From Paraglomus brasilianum (Eukaryota), in assembly GCA_910592345.1 (NCBI GenBank), contig CAJVPI010000279.1, positions 1 through 36,952 of the forward strand: a stretch of DNA of 36,952 nt, read 5' to 3'. The translations under genes and the position numbers were made by a program. Shown one piece after another: positions 11,902-25,880 of this stretch (the stretch's first letter is position 1; each line of letters opens with the position of its first letter). Below the pieces are notes generated by a model that searched no databases, was not told the origin of the DNA, and worked only from the letters and a program-made list of their open reading frames with translations.

Positions 11902-13799
11902 ATGACACAGGAGTCCACTGCAGACAAGGCAACCACTTCAACACACAAAGTAAGTGGTTCCCTCAAACTCAAAGAAACAGCCGATCGGTAAGTTGGTTGT
12001 GCGTTGTGGTATTAGAATCAATACAAAAGGAACATGTAACGATAACTTTGTTAACGAAACTTTACAACTCTTAACTTTATACAACTTCACATAGTGTTAG
12101 GAGAATGTTAGGCAAAGAGGTAAGTGACTTGCCTATGGTATTATAAGCCAAATGCTTGTTACATATAGCTTATTAAGTTATTTTGCACCTACTTGACATA
12201 CAGGTTAAAGATACTGCTCATAAAGAACTAGTGGCCATAAAATCACTTGAGGACATTCCAAAAATTATAACTATTGAAGCAGAAACCGCAATATTACATG
12301 CTCTCAGAGGAGCAAACTTGCGCAAAAACCAACAATACGAAGAAGCACTTATAGAACTAAACAAAGCATTATCAATAGAGAATGGCTTCGTTATCGCAAG
12401 GCAAATACGTGGCGAAGTATTCCGTAAATTAGGCAGATATCGAGATTCACTAAAAGACTTTACTAGAGTGCTCGCAGAATGGCCAGACAATGTTGCAGCC
12501 AGAGCATATAGAGGAGAGGTAAACAGAATGCTCGGAAAAGACAATGAAGCCTTATCCGATCTCGACAGAGTTATTGCTGTCGAACCAGATAATGCATTCT
12601 CACTACGAGGAAGGGGAGAAGTATATCGAATGATGAATAGATATGACGAGGCCTTGACTGATCTCAACCGAGCGTTAGAATTAGAACCTAATAATGCATT
12701 CGCATTACGAGGTAGAGGCACTGTATACCAGAAACTAGCCAAATACGATAAAGCCGTTGCTGATCTCGATAAATCGCTTGAATTGGAACCAGAGAGCACA
12801 TTTGCACTTCGTCGTCGTGGAGAAGTAAAGCTCAAACTAAAACTATACGAAGAAGCACTGAAAGATTTAAACAAGTCGTTAGAATTAAGGCCAGATAGTA
12901 CGAGTGCATTAGAAACACGCAGTGAAGTCTATCGTAAACTAGGTAGATTTGATGAAGCATTAACTGATCTCAACGAGATACTCAAGCGCAATCCATCACA
13001 CGTATCGGCTCTTAAAGATCGAAGTCACATATATATTGAGCAAGAGAAATATTCCGATGCGTTAACAGATTTGAATGCCATACTACGCATCAAGCCAGAA
13101 GACCCATATACACTCCGTGATCGAGGATTACTCAAGCGTAAACTAGGATATGCTGATGATGCAGTAGTAGATCTTGACAAGTCACTTGCACAACGACCTA
13201 ATTCGGCTACGGCATTAGAGAATCGAGGAATGGCGCATTTCACCCTCGGACGTCTTCAAAACTCGTTAAAAGATCTCACAACAGCACTAGAGATTCGTTC
13301 GAATAGTTTGGAAGCTTTACAAGCACGTGCGACAGTTAATTATGTTCTTGGTAATTATAATGCGAGTCTAATCGACCTGGAGCGTGTACTTAGCCGTCGT
13401 AATCCACCCGCACCGTTTCGTAAGATTCGTATCAAAATCTTGTTCAAGCTGCATCGATACGATGAGGCGCTTAACGATCTCGAAAAGTTGTTCCATCCCG
13501 ACCTGCAGGATCCCGAGGCGTATTATCTTCGTGCGTATATGTGCTTCTTGGTTCGTAGATTTTCAGAGGCGTTGAGCGATTTGAACAAGGCGCTCGCTTT
13601 CGACTGCGAAAACGTGGAGGCGTTAGAGTTGAGAGCAAAGACCTATCTGATGTTGTATCGGACTACGGATGCGTTTGCTGATTTTGAGACGGTCTCTATA
13701 TTGGACCCTACTCATGTGTTTAGGCTTTGTAGTGTGGAGACTATTAATAGTGTTATTAAGGAGTTTTGTGCAAAGAGCGATTGTGAATATATGTATTAA
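11902..13799 (+). CDS. Tetratricopeptide-repeat array protein (about 14 TPRs), about 568 aa
   Basis: Predicted exons 11902-11987, 12095-12119 and 12204-13799. Regular 34-aa repeats such as AFALRGRGTVYQKLAKYDKAVADLDKSLELEPES. The two 5' exons are less certain than the main exon. Confidence 0.9.
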
Positions 13800-14287
13800 G
13801 AGATGTAATGGAACGTCTATTTTAGAAGCCTTGACGACTGCAATGTCCTGGATAGGAGCAATGGCATTACGAAAAGCAATAGCAAATGGAATACGTATCG
13901 AATAGTTAATATTGAAGGATTACTAATGTTGAGTATGTGGTGGATATTTTGGCCGGATTCAGACAAACTAATTTAGTCTGGGGGTGAGACTTTTGGATAT
14001 CAAATTCTCTCTTTTTCTTTGATTCGAATAGAAACTGTAAATTCCTAATTCACATTATTCTTGGCAGTCATTGAGTTGTATATAAGAGTGATGCTGCCAC
14101 AATAAAGATGCACTAAAAAACATAATAATAGATACGCCTATACATATATGTATTAGTATTAGATTGACGATCGTCTTGTGGGTTTTAATATCGGGACAAA
14201 ATTCGAGAGGCCTAGTGATGTAATCACTGGACCTAGTACACTTCTAATTAAAATAGCATTCTAAACAAACATCTACTTTACATATTC

Positions 14288-15216
14288 CTAATTTCCGCCT
14301 TCTTTCCGCCTTCCGCCTTCCACGGGATGACCAAGACACGACATTTTTTTGATTACTTCCATCTCCAAGTTGAGAGGCGAAACAATAGTCAATGTCAAGC
14401 GGTCAAGCACCTCTAGACTACTATTAACCCTCCTGAAACCTTTTTGGATGTAACAATCTGATATCGAACTATCTTCCTTCAAATGTTCAGACAGTTCAGG
14501 AAAATTCCTTAAAATCCTATACCCCGAGAATGCATACGGAGTAGCTAATCGGATAGCAGACTCGATGCCAGGAGCGATAGCAAAATCTTCAAAAGATTTC
14601 GATACAAATGTCATGGAGACTCTTGAATATAGTTGGAATTGTGCTTCGCGAAGTACTTTCTTCACCATGTCTATAAAATTATCTAATAACTGTGCGGCGT
14701 ATTCTTCAGTCACTGTGATCAATGGTGCCTCGATGACGGATGGTTTAGGTATTTGGAAGTAATCGAGCTCACCCTCAAGTTGCATACGAGACACCGAGTT
14801 ACAGTGCATACTCTGACTGCAATCATCATAGTATGGGACTGTACCTTTGCGATAGTATTCCATGATGTAATAGAAGGCACGACCATCCCTATCGAAGAAG
14901 TATTCATTGCCATTGCTGGGATGTAACATGTCTTTGTTCCGTTCCTGAAACATTGTTCCAAGGTGCGTATCTGGGTATTGTGTTAGCGTTGAACGATAGG
15001 TTTCATACTTTAGGTGAACGGGATATGGTAATTGGGGTGTTTTCGAGCGACATTCAATGAATGTCAATTTGATTGATAATTATATAATTACAAGTCATGT
15101 TATCGTCCAACTGTTTGATATTGTAAATCAGTGACAAGTGTGAGGACGACATATAACTAGGTATTCTCACAAACCTTCATTCCACCGACGTTTAGGACTA
15201 TTCTTTCGTCAGTCAT
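14288..15216 (-). CDS. BTB/POZ (T1, potassium-channel tetramerisation type, KCTD-like) domain protein, 253 aa
   Basis: Exons 15216-15175 and 15007-14288. MTDERIVLNVGGMK|YETYRSTLTQYPDTHLGTMF...EYFFDRDGRAFYYIMEYYRKG...ELDYFQIP. Confidence 0.92.
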
Positions 15217-17684
15217 AGAAATATAAATAATATGTTAAATAGATTAAATATAAATAAATTATATATACTTGTATTAAGAAAAAAGACAGGTATGGATGAG
15301 AAAACTAACAGTTCGATTTATTATGAACGCCACAATAAAATTCAGGGGCTCTGAACGCCACACCACAGATTTGTCTTACAAAATTTAACAAAGACAATTG
15401 GTAATAGTGTTTGCCTAGTAACGATACCTTACATAAATATTTCGCTTACTTCATTGATAACTGATTTTTGACAAAGATTTTAGCACCAACATGAGTGGAT
15501 TTCTAACAGGTTTTGACTGGCTTGGCCCTGTCACGTGTCACACTGTACCAATAAATATGTGTGTAAGTTCACTATTTGTGAAGCAAATATTAATTCTATA
15601 AAACAATATACAAAAGCGCGAAAAATTTATTGTGATTGCAAACCAATTTATAAAAGGGCTTACGTAGTCCTAAAGCAAGCAACATAGAGTTGGCCATGAG
15701 TAAATACTAGAGTCGGCAACTAAACTCCTACGTAATTTAAAGTTTAACCTTATTGATGGTCATGGCAAAGGCGTTTAAATACAAAGGCAAAATTCGAGGA
15801 AAGGCACGTGATCCAAAAAAATCTTCTACGTTGCAATGTATGCAATAGCGTCGTGCAAATATGCAATGTGCAGAAATCCTATATATATAGATAATAAAAT
15901 AATAGCCATGCGACCATTATTATTATGCATATTCTCATCGTGTATAAGTTGAACAACCAAAGTCATGTGAATACACTTACAACAATGGAATAGTAACGAA
16001 TTATTATATTTATTGATTATTCGGATCAAAATGGTGGAATTTGGCGTAAATTAATTTCATAGACGTTAAAAATGTTATATATCTTTGTCTCAATCAAGCT
16101 TTCCGCGTTGATTAACATTTTTTGAAATACTGTATGTAATATAGATATAAAAATGCAACTGAAATTTACAGTCAATAAATTTTACATGGCATTGAAGCTC
16201 ATTGATCGTATTTATGAAATAGACATAAATTTCTTATATCTTGATTGTGAAGTTATAGTACAATGCGTTATGAAAACAATACGATTATGCAGATCATATG
16301 AGAAATTATTGATGATTTAAAACATTTCACTGCCACGAAATGAATAAATCTATGGTCACTTTTCATAAGTACGATCAATGGTTTAAGGAAAAACGAACTT
16401 TGAAAAAGATCGAATTTTGTAGATTGTAATAGTAAATTTTGCAGATCACCTTAAGTAGAAATTAGTTAAGAAAAGAACCGCTATCTGGAGAAAGGAAATT
16501 TCAAACTCTTAATAATCTGCAATGCTACATTTGATGATCATGTACAAATGCGAACAACAATAACCAGCGTTGTGTCTGTAGGCATTATCATTTTAGGATT
16601 AGTGACACCGAGAGTAAGAAAGGAGTTTGGTAAATGGAGACCTTAAATTGTTATGGTATTATTTCTACGTTGAAGAATGAGTCATCCATAGGCTCGTAAT
16701 AGATCAATTACAACTTGATTCTCCGGGCGGCTAATGTATTGAGTCATGCTCACAGCATGCGTTCCTATTAATTGATACGATTGGAATGTTGTTATATTAT
16801 GAATAAGATAGTTTCTGTATTACTATCACTACTTTAGTCTATGATAAAGTATAGTTCTCTAGAGTTTACTTAGGGATTTTGTACTAACCTACATATAGTA
16901 TATCTCTGACAGCATAATATTGAAGATTTGTAGAAATAATATGACAGTATGCAGCAGCTGCAGTAAACCTTTTATTGCTGACGCGTAAAACACGGCAGTT
17001 TTGAGAATTAATCTGTCATTGTTACGGCGTTAATTGCACAAGCGCTTTTCGATTTTTGGAAAAAGTATACCTATTACCATTACTATGCTTAATGTTAATA
17101 ACCAATCAAAAATTCTTAGTGTCAGCATTTAGCAAATGACTCGATTTAAAGATTTACAAATTTAACTTTTATTTTTCTAACTCGATCGAAACTGACTACT
17201 GGATGGCAATATTACATTGAAAAGATTTTAAACCACATGATTGTAATAAAGAACTAGTTGCCTTCTCTTTACAACAAACATGTTCCTCCATACAAAGAAG
17301 TGACCCTGATACAGTGTGTTTTTGAGCAGAATTAAGGTAAGTTCGTATTTAGAACGCGTTCAAGGCGTATTACACTGTACTTTGCTACAGAGTATTTAAT
17401 ATATTGCACGATTGTATATCGATCATAACAAATATTGTGCATTAAGATTATCGGTATAAAAAACTTGTTGCATTATTATCCATGTATAAGCGTTGCAGGT
17501 CGTTAGACAAATCATCATGGTAATTACAGATATTCTTGTCCTAAATAGCCCAAGTCAAGATACTTTTCGTTTCAGTGTATGTGATTATTTATTATAAATA
17601 AACTCGACAGTTTTCAGACGTGCTGAATAATTAAACGGAATTCAATTAGTAGACGCAAACACATCTATCGTTTGATTTTGTTAA

Positions 17685-19425
17685 TTAGTATACTATTCTT
17701 GTCGAAATGTTTTCTTTACATGCGCTAACCAACTCGTAAATATTCCTTATGTCTCCCTCATCAACGTCCGCAATATCAGCCATCAAATATGCAATTTCAC
17801 CATGCGAATCAGAATATTGCTTTTCCACATTATGGGCAGCAAGGATTTCGTTGATTTCCTAACGTGAGAAAAATATTAGAGTTAAAGCAGCAGTTCTAAT
17901 AGGATAAACACATGCATTGGCAGGAAATGACAATCCATTAAACTGAATAATTCTATAATTTACCTTAAGTACACCAGGAACATTGTGATGAACAAACAAT
18001 AACCGAGCAATTTTCTGTGTCGCCTCGATAGCACGGAGATCAACTTCTGGTAAGTTCACTGCACCAACAGACGTGCCATAGTTTATATATCGAACAACTG
18101 CATTGCCTACTTCTATGCCAATCATTTTCTGCGCTTCTTCAGTTGATCCACCTAAAAAGAAGATATGTCAGATAAGAACTGTTAATATTAAGCATAAGAG
18201 ACTGTATTATAGCCAAATTGTCGCAACTTCATACAAACCAATATGCGGAGTCATCAAAACATTCTCGCATTCGCGTAATTCGTCAACCCAATCCCCCAGA
18301 TCACTAGTAAAAGTCTCCCCATTTTTTGCCGGCTCCTTCGGATACACATCCAAAGCTGCTCCTGCCAACTGTCCTCGTTTCAGCGCTCTAACCAGTGCTG
18401 GTATTTGCACAACGCTTCCTCGAGATGCGTTAATAAAATAACTCCCTTTCTTCATACACTCAAACTCCTTATCACCCATCATGGTTTTTGTTTCTGGTGT
18501 TTCGGGAACATGGATGGTGATAAAGTCGGCTGAAGCGAGTAGTTCGTGAAGGGAGTCTACTTGTCGGGCTGTACCAAGGGGCATAAGTGAAAGTATGTCG
18601 TGGAAACAAACTTTCATTCCCATTGCTTCGGCTAGAACAGATAGCTGACTTCCGATGTGGCCATAGCCGACAATACCTTTACGAAAGGAGTAAAGGGGGA
18701 GGCGTGAGTCTATTGATTTTCCAGAAAGATTTGTATAACCAGATTTGCTACTAACCTAGAGTCTTGCCTCTAATCTCGCGGCAATTACTAGACACCTTGT
18801 TCCAAATTCCTTTATGCATTTCCATGTTTCTGTCACCCAACTTCCTGCTTAGTATCACAATCTCCGCAATGATCAACTCTGCCACGCTCCTACTATTGCT
18901 GAATGGCGAATTGAAGACGACAATCCCGCGACTTGCTGCTGTCTCGAGATCCACCTGGTTGGTTCCTATACAGAAGCATCCGATCGCAAGAAGTTTTCTG
19001 GCTTCGGAGAGAACACGCGATGTTAGTTTGGTTTTCGAACGGATTCCTATGGCTTGGACATCTCTGATCTTTTCAATCAAGACTGATTCGGGAAGAGCTT
19101 CTTTGTAATGTTCGACCTAGAAGAATCGTTAGATTGTTGAAAGATCAGGGTCAGATTGATGTAGCGAGCATTAGTACGTGTCGCGATATCTAACATGTGC
19201 ATACATTTATGCCTTGGTATATTATTCTCGTTTCCTAGTTAAGTAGCGCTTGACAAGCCAATATAATAATTTTTTCTAACCGTTCTCTCGTACCTGATAG
19301 CCTTGCTTAGTGAGAATGTCGACTGCACTCTGGTTAATATTTTCCAGTAACAGCACTTTTATCTCTCCTGCATTAAAAGGTTTAAGTGCTTTCAGCGAAT
19401 ACGACCCTCCGCGCGCTTCTGTCAT
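17685..19425 (-). CDS. SER3: D-3-phosphoglycerate dehydrogenase (SER3/SER33-like), 430 aa
   Basis: Exons 19425-19294, 19116-18756, 18676-18239, 18151-17964 and 17858-17685 total 1293 nt. Motifs KVLLLENI, GIRSKT, GCFCIGTNQVDL, FNSPFSNSRSVAE, GIVGYGHIG, INASRG, TPHIGGSTEEAQ and ACT-domain HHNVPGVL. Confidence 0.96.
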
Positions 19426-22400
19426 TTTGATAAATGTATATTTCGTGGTCAAAGTTTTTTTTTTAACTTTTGTGTGAAGATCACCTAATTAGGGCGGGTT
19501 TATATTGATCAGAGATAATCTTATCAATAGATCACTGTATTTACATTCTGGGACATACCGGTGATTAAAAGAATTAGTAATATAAAACTCTCGTCTGACA
19601 AGTCGAAACTGTACCACTTTTCACTTTTCGATTTGGAAATGGCAATCAGAATCAATTCTATATAAGGAACTAATTCGGTCTAACCAAGTCCCATATGCTG
19701 AATATGTTGGATTAGTCATCAGATTAGCATAATGATGGAGAGCATGAGACTGCCATATGATTAAGCTCGTAGCCAAAATAATGCAGAAAATGACTTAAAG
19801 ACTGTCACAAACTTTTTTAAACACCTTGATAAGACTGGCATTTCTAACGCTAATATGACCCGCATATGAGGAAAGTACGTTATCGATCTCTTAATAAAGA
19901 GTTTTTAACTGTATTAAGTAAGTCTAATATAGTCATGTGATAAAATTTATGAATGCTCTGGTCGGAAACATGTAAAAGTAAAAAAATATGATTTTCTGAG
20001 CTTAAAAGAAACTTTAGGGTTTCTTTTGATGTATATTTTTATCGTGGGCAAGAGATGTCTCTGCGTTTTTTTTCGCAAAGACGCTATTCCATGTGCAATC
20101 CATTCAACTGCTTCTGTCGTATTTGTTAATTTCTATTGACAACGGCCTTATCTATTGTTATGGTTGTCTACTCCTTCAACGATATTGAATTACGTTGATA
20201 GTCAAAAACGCGCTTATTTAATATGGTGTCGTGCCGTAAATATGTTATGCTGGCTTGAAAGGAAAAACCTTTACCTCAAGTCTATCGGAAAAAGCTTTCA
20301 TTGTCCACAAGAGTAGTTAACTCTGGTTTTGAAAAATCTCACAAGTCCCAGTAACCTTTTGCAACCCTAAAGAATGCTTCTAAATTGGCAATGTAGCCAT
20401 GAATGAAATTGAAAATTATAATTTAAGCTTACCACAATTTTCGTTAACACGCATTATTATTATTTGAGAATTAAAAGTTCTTGCAAACTTACATGGTAAT
20501 CTTAATTCAATCAAGTTTGTCTGCTTCTCCATGAAGACCATCCAATTTAAGTTCTGAAGTTGTATTCCAAGTAATTTAAGTTCTTAAAGAAATAATGAAA
20601 GATTCCGGGTGCTCTGTTTATATTCCCATACACTTTTACAAACTTTTTTTTTCTTTTGCGATAAACGATTCGGAGCATTTGATTATTATGATCTGCAGAC
20701 TGTTGTCCTGCGGTTCGGTTTTTAGTTTGTCTGTCCTTTATTAAGCACGGCTAATTGTAATATTTATAGTCGTAAGTAACAGCAATTCGGTTTTTAAAAG
20801 TATCACAGATCACTGTAATCATAATACGAAATAGACGCAACACTTGCCAAATTTGCATTTGTTATTTTTTATCCCGAGAACAAAATTTGCTCTCTTTCAA
20901 CATTGAAGTCCATTCTAATTACACAGAATATAAATTGTATCGCGCGGTATTTGCTAAATAAAAAAACTATTATTTTCCCATAACCAATAAGGAAAAACAA
21001 TCTAACCAGAAATGAATATATTAATATAGGCTATAACTCTAAATTTGAGGAATTTAAAATCCAAGTAGTAAATTTGTAACTTTGTATTTTCGGTTCAAAA
21101 CGCGCTGAAATGCTTGTTTGATTGCCCATAATTGACAAGGTTTGCCTGCTCATTATTTACAAACCTCTTTATAGAAGCAATATGCTGTTTCCCGTCAATG
21201 TAGTTCCATACTACTTCGCCATCTGTCATAAACTAGAAATTATCAACGGATGCGAAAATCACGGTTTCAATTCCTATGTGGATCGCCTCTTGAGCTTTCA
21301 AGTCATCAGCGATATAAACAACCGGAATTTTCTTATATTTTTATAATAACTGCGTTTATATATAACCGTTGGGCCATGTTCATAATTGTTTATGTGAACA
21401 TATTCAAATTTTGCGAATGCGAACAATTTGCAATTCCAGTTTCATCAGTTATTCCAGTATTTGATAATTCAATTTTTGTTGTAATGCTTTTGTGTCTAAT
21501 GCTAATATATTTTTCTGTAATTACGTATTCAAATAATTCACGCAAAGCGCGTACTCTGCGCGTGTATCTTCTTCGTAATTTTAGACCGATTTTAAATTGG
21601 AAATTCATGTGTACTGAACGCTCTTTATGTTGTGTGAGCTGTAGTTTATGCTACAAAAATTCATCGCTTGCTGGAGATACAAATGTGATCTAATCACCTG
21701 AAATTGTCTAACTAAACATATTTCGTAGTGTTATGTTTGAGCGGTACCGCAGAAAATGTTGAATTATTTCTAATCAACTGGCAGAGGTTTCAAACGAGTC
21801 AAAAGTTGTATGGTCTCGTATACTTGGTGAAAACACCATTTCTATTTGACAAGATATATCAATATATTTATTTGTATTTTTTTTTATTATGAATAATATA
21901 TCCGTTTTCCCGTTTTATGTTATGAAAGGGAACAGCGAAAATTTGAGAGATAGTATAATAATAAAAAAGATTCTTAATGTGAACGGGACAGCAATTTGCA
22001 CGTTTTTTGACGGTTTAGTATGATAAAAAATTACATGAAAAAAATTTTTTGGAACAGCACTCCGCACTTTTTTAACGTTTTAGCCGGTATTGAACCGCTT
22101 TTCAGGACAAATAAATATTGCTGTCACAGTGGTACCACCGAAATTATATGTGGTATTCTAGAATGCACAGAATGCACGGCTACGCTGAAGTAAACTTGAT
22201 TGAAGTTCCCAGTGAATTTGTTTGGGTTTCCGTTTATCCTCCCATTTTTTAGCCAGCAAATAGTCTGGTCGATTATTCCTAATATAAGAAGATTAAGTTA
22301 ATGTCCCCACGTCCATCAAGTCAGCTCAGAGCCTTGAATGATAGAAACGCTTAGAGAGTTTCTTCGCCTCGATGGGACTGATGTAGGATTAGCTCGGAGG

Positions 22401-23077
22401 TAACATCAGAAAAGCTCGGAGGCCTACATTACCGCCGCAAAAGAATCTTGGAGACCCTTTAATTCGTCCTTCCTACACAATCAACAACATATTAACCTTA
22501 CAGTGAGAAGATACGTCAAAACATTTCTATTCAGTCGGAGATGGGTGACGTTTATAGAACGTTTCTAATATGTTTGGTGATAAACGGTTTGTTTCATTTT
22601 AATACTTTCTTATTTATAGAAAGTTTGCAATAAAGTTAAGCTCTTTGTAAAAATTATTCTTGAGGAAGATAGGTGCATCAACTGGAAGAGACCCATACTG
22701 TCATCGCGTATAGTAGAAAGTTAAAAATACAATAATTATGATGAAGATTTCGAATTTGAAATTATCCAGTACTGTGTTATTACTCATTAAACTTAAAGAT
22801 GTTTATGGGTATCAATCAAGTATAAAGCATTTGTCGAGGATGTGACGTGTTGACACGATTATTTTATTTCAAGTTTAATCACAAAGCAAAATAGATATGA
22901 ATGATCCAATTCTGAATCAATCGACTCTTAAACTGATACTTTTTATTCAGAATCAAGTATTAAAGGCGATAGTACTAATTCTGATTTATCTCTTCCAATC
23001 TCTACCAATGCATCAAGTGAAAATAAGCAATATTAATATAATGCAATGCAATGTTGAATCCTAAGTTACGGCTACAC

Positions 23078-23915
23078 CTATGGTTGAGAAATTACATTAA
23101 GCACAATGTTGAATTCAATTCTCCACTGACATCTTAGGTCGAGGTGCTCATTCCAATTCATTCTATAATAAACCAGACTGCTACCTCTATTCACATCCCA
23201 CGGAAAATGGATAATATACGGGGCTCTAGGAGAATCGTCAAGTTGAGTTGCTGGTGTCGTAGTTATTCCCGGATTTTCGTTCTGAGGAAAAGGGTTAGTC
23301 GTGTGTGGGATAGCAATTCCGACATATTCAACATTGGTCGTGTATTCTCGAATAAAGCTAATTTTAGATAAAGCGTTGCGACGATCTGGATCACTGTTAT
23401 AGAAAACCTAAGCGGATTCGAATTTGATAAGCAAACCTTTACTTTGTTTCTTTCAGAAAAAAATTAATATAATTACCTCTATCCATACGTTTGGTGGCGG
23501 GCACCTGTGTACAATGGGTCTTGAACTTTGTGCAAATGTTGGGGTCCGAAACCAAATGCCAACGTCAGGTCGAAAATTATTGCCTCCCATCACACATGTC
23601 ACATCAATATTTACATCCCAACTTGAATTTTGCATCATAGCCGAATGTGCCAAATTGAAATGGATTTTAGACTTATGTATTCCATCGCACTATATGATAT
23701 CAGTGAAAATTAATAAATATTAATAAACGATATACATATTGGGGTGTATAAGCTATGACAAAACTCACTTTGATAATTAAGTCTTTCCCAATTATCTCGG
23801 CGTCATATCTTTCGATTATCGCTTCACGGATATTGACATTATCCAGATTGTAGGTAGAAAGACTGATGTTGACAACATCTTCCTTTTGCTCTGGCGTCAA
23901 TGCTTCCAGTGACAT
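23078..23915 (-). CDS. Putative Uma2-like PD-(D/E)xK restriction-endonuclease-fold protein, 229 aa
   Basis: Three phase-0 exons (23915-23769, 23689-23477, 23407-23078) give an open frame. AEIIGKDLII, H in KSKIH, FRPDVGIW and PPPNVWIE|VFY follow the Uma2 pattern (E-I-I-x-G, H, PD, P-x-x-x-x-EV). Confidence 0.75.
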
Positions 23916-24388
23916 GTCAATATACGTAAAGATCTATTGTATTGTGGCCATTAGTCACGCTGATTATAAACACCACTCAATACATGTTAATAAACACTAT
24001 TTAAATACCATATTAATTTGGGAGGCTTGTCTAGTCGCCTGAGACACCGTAGATGTTTCTAAACCTTCTAATTGATGAAAGATTGGAGAGTTATTGATTT
24101 GATTAATTTGATAGATTCAGGAAACAATCGATAGAGAGAAAAATAAAAATATACCCATATTTTTCTTATCACGGATTATTACGCAGTCTTTCTGGAAATT
24201 TCGAGAATGATATTACGTATACGGTCAATGTCTCTGAGTTTAAAAAAAAACTACGAGACTACGTGAGGAAAAAGTTCTTGCCGCATGCCTCTCGTTTTAG
24301 CCTATGACGACGTGATACTAACCAATAAAAGCTCTGATCATTAAACTAAACCGAATTTGGAAGTTCGTTTATTGACCATTGGCTCGTA

Positions 24389-24841
24389 TTTCACGAGATT
24401 CTACATTGGCAGTCAAATATGGAAAAAATTTACATTGTATCCTGACCCTTTAACTAGCATACCTCCAATCATGGCAAAAGTCCACAGAGATTGTGCGCAA
24501 AAAAGATGAAACTAATTCGTATATTAGAAATGCGCCTCAAATTGCGATCAAAGAAATAACGTTTCAATAAATAATATTCATGTAGTTATTCTTCAAACGA
24601 GACTAAGTGGGGCCAACACTTAATATTACCCAGACACTTTGTACGTGACCCATCCAAGGCTCGGAAATTTACATATCGAATGCGCTCTTTTATCGATGAC
24701 AAAGTAAACAAGAATGTCCATCGCTTTCGATTAACAGGAAGTCATAAAGCTGAAGACCCTTCGCGCATTGAGCGTATATGTTCAAATCATACCTGGAGAG
24801 AATCTCTAATCACTCTTATGGAGAAAGATTCTACAGTATGA
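24389..24841 (+). pseudogene. Decayed AEP/PrimPol-type primase domain, NCLDV (asfarvirus)-like; probable endogenous viral relic
   Basis: Open stretch 24590-24838 reads SSNETKWGQHLILPRHFVRDPSKARKFTYRMRSFIDDKVNKNVHRFRLTGSHKAEDPSRI, matching AEP motif II (SS..K.S.H.I) and motif III (FID..V.K....FR..GS.K). An upstream FHEILHWQ lies at 24389. Motif I (DxD) was not recovered. Confidence 0.7.
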
Positions 24842-24887
24842 ACTTTGGCATATGAAGACAAAAAGCCGGAAATAGAAACTGTCTCAC

Positions 24888-25880
24888 GTGAAGATCGTGA
24901 CAAAAACGATAGAACATCAATTTCCTTTTCTGTGTTATCAAAATCCCAGTAACGGATTTTGTAGAAAAAAAGAAATGCGCAATGCCTATAATGGATTGGT
25001 TCAGGCTATGGATAAGTCGGAGACTCGAAGCTCTGCTTCTTCCTTGGATAACCTGCGTAATAAACATAGACTCGTAATTGAGAATGATCCACGAGAAAAA
25101 GCTTCTTGTGATTCGTTATTGCCAAAAGTTATTGCGTTGGAGGAGATTTTGCAAGGCATAGATTTTTTTTCAGGCGTTCACACATCTTCTACGTTATGTC
25201 GTAAAGACTTTGATGCTAACTTATCAAGTTTCTTACCAATTTATAAGAAAAATGAGCGTCGTTATTATGCAATATTTGGTAAGAAATGGAGACCGCATGC
25301 TAATTATAATATACAGAATTTCTGAAAAAACCACTGGAGGAATTTAAAGTGGGCGTTGTTGGAGAAAAATATTGCAAAAAATAATTTACAAATTTGCGAC
25401 TTTAAAAATAGACAGGTGTCTTAGAAAAATTCTCCCCGATATTTGTTCAAACGGTAACAATACAGTTATGGGTACCTTGCAATCAGTCTCAGGTAAAAAG
25501 TATATATGTCGCGCAAATACGTGTACTACCATTGATAACGAGACACCCAAATGCTTAATCTCTTTATCTTCAGAATTTCTCATTAAGCATGAATCTGATA
25601 TAAATACTCTTATCTTTCTTTTACAGCAAAAATTCCAAATGTCTCGAGAAAAGTTGGAACAATGGCGAGCCAAGATTGCCTTTGAATTTTGAGACAATAC
25701 TAATTACTGGAAAAAAGAACGTGAGAGTATGAATGAGGCTAATTTCTTAAAATAAAAGCAAGATTATGAAGCCCGTCTTGGCGTTCCCACTACTCCATTA
25801 TATGCAGACGGCAGATAGACAATACTTGAGAAGGCTTTCAATCGGGCTAAAAGGCTGTTGCTTGCTGTCCCAAAAAAATC
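24888..25880 (+). pseudogene. Intronless decayed ORF of unknown family, directly downstream of the primase relic
   Basis: ORFs 24888-25325 and 25372-25692 join through a frameshift near 25322. The reading continues past stops (F*DNTNYWKKERESMNEANFLK*KQDYEARL). Confidence 0.55.

Noticed and set aside
12218..12874. 218-aa antisense ORF
   Set aside because: Shadow frame of the repetitive TPR gene, with no independent protein features.
15300..17600. Possible gene in the AT-rich gap between the BTB gene and SER3
   Set aside because: I could not build a coherent exon chain or recognise a family.
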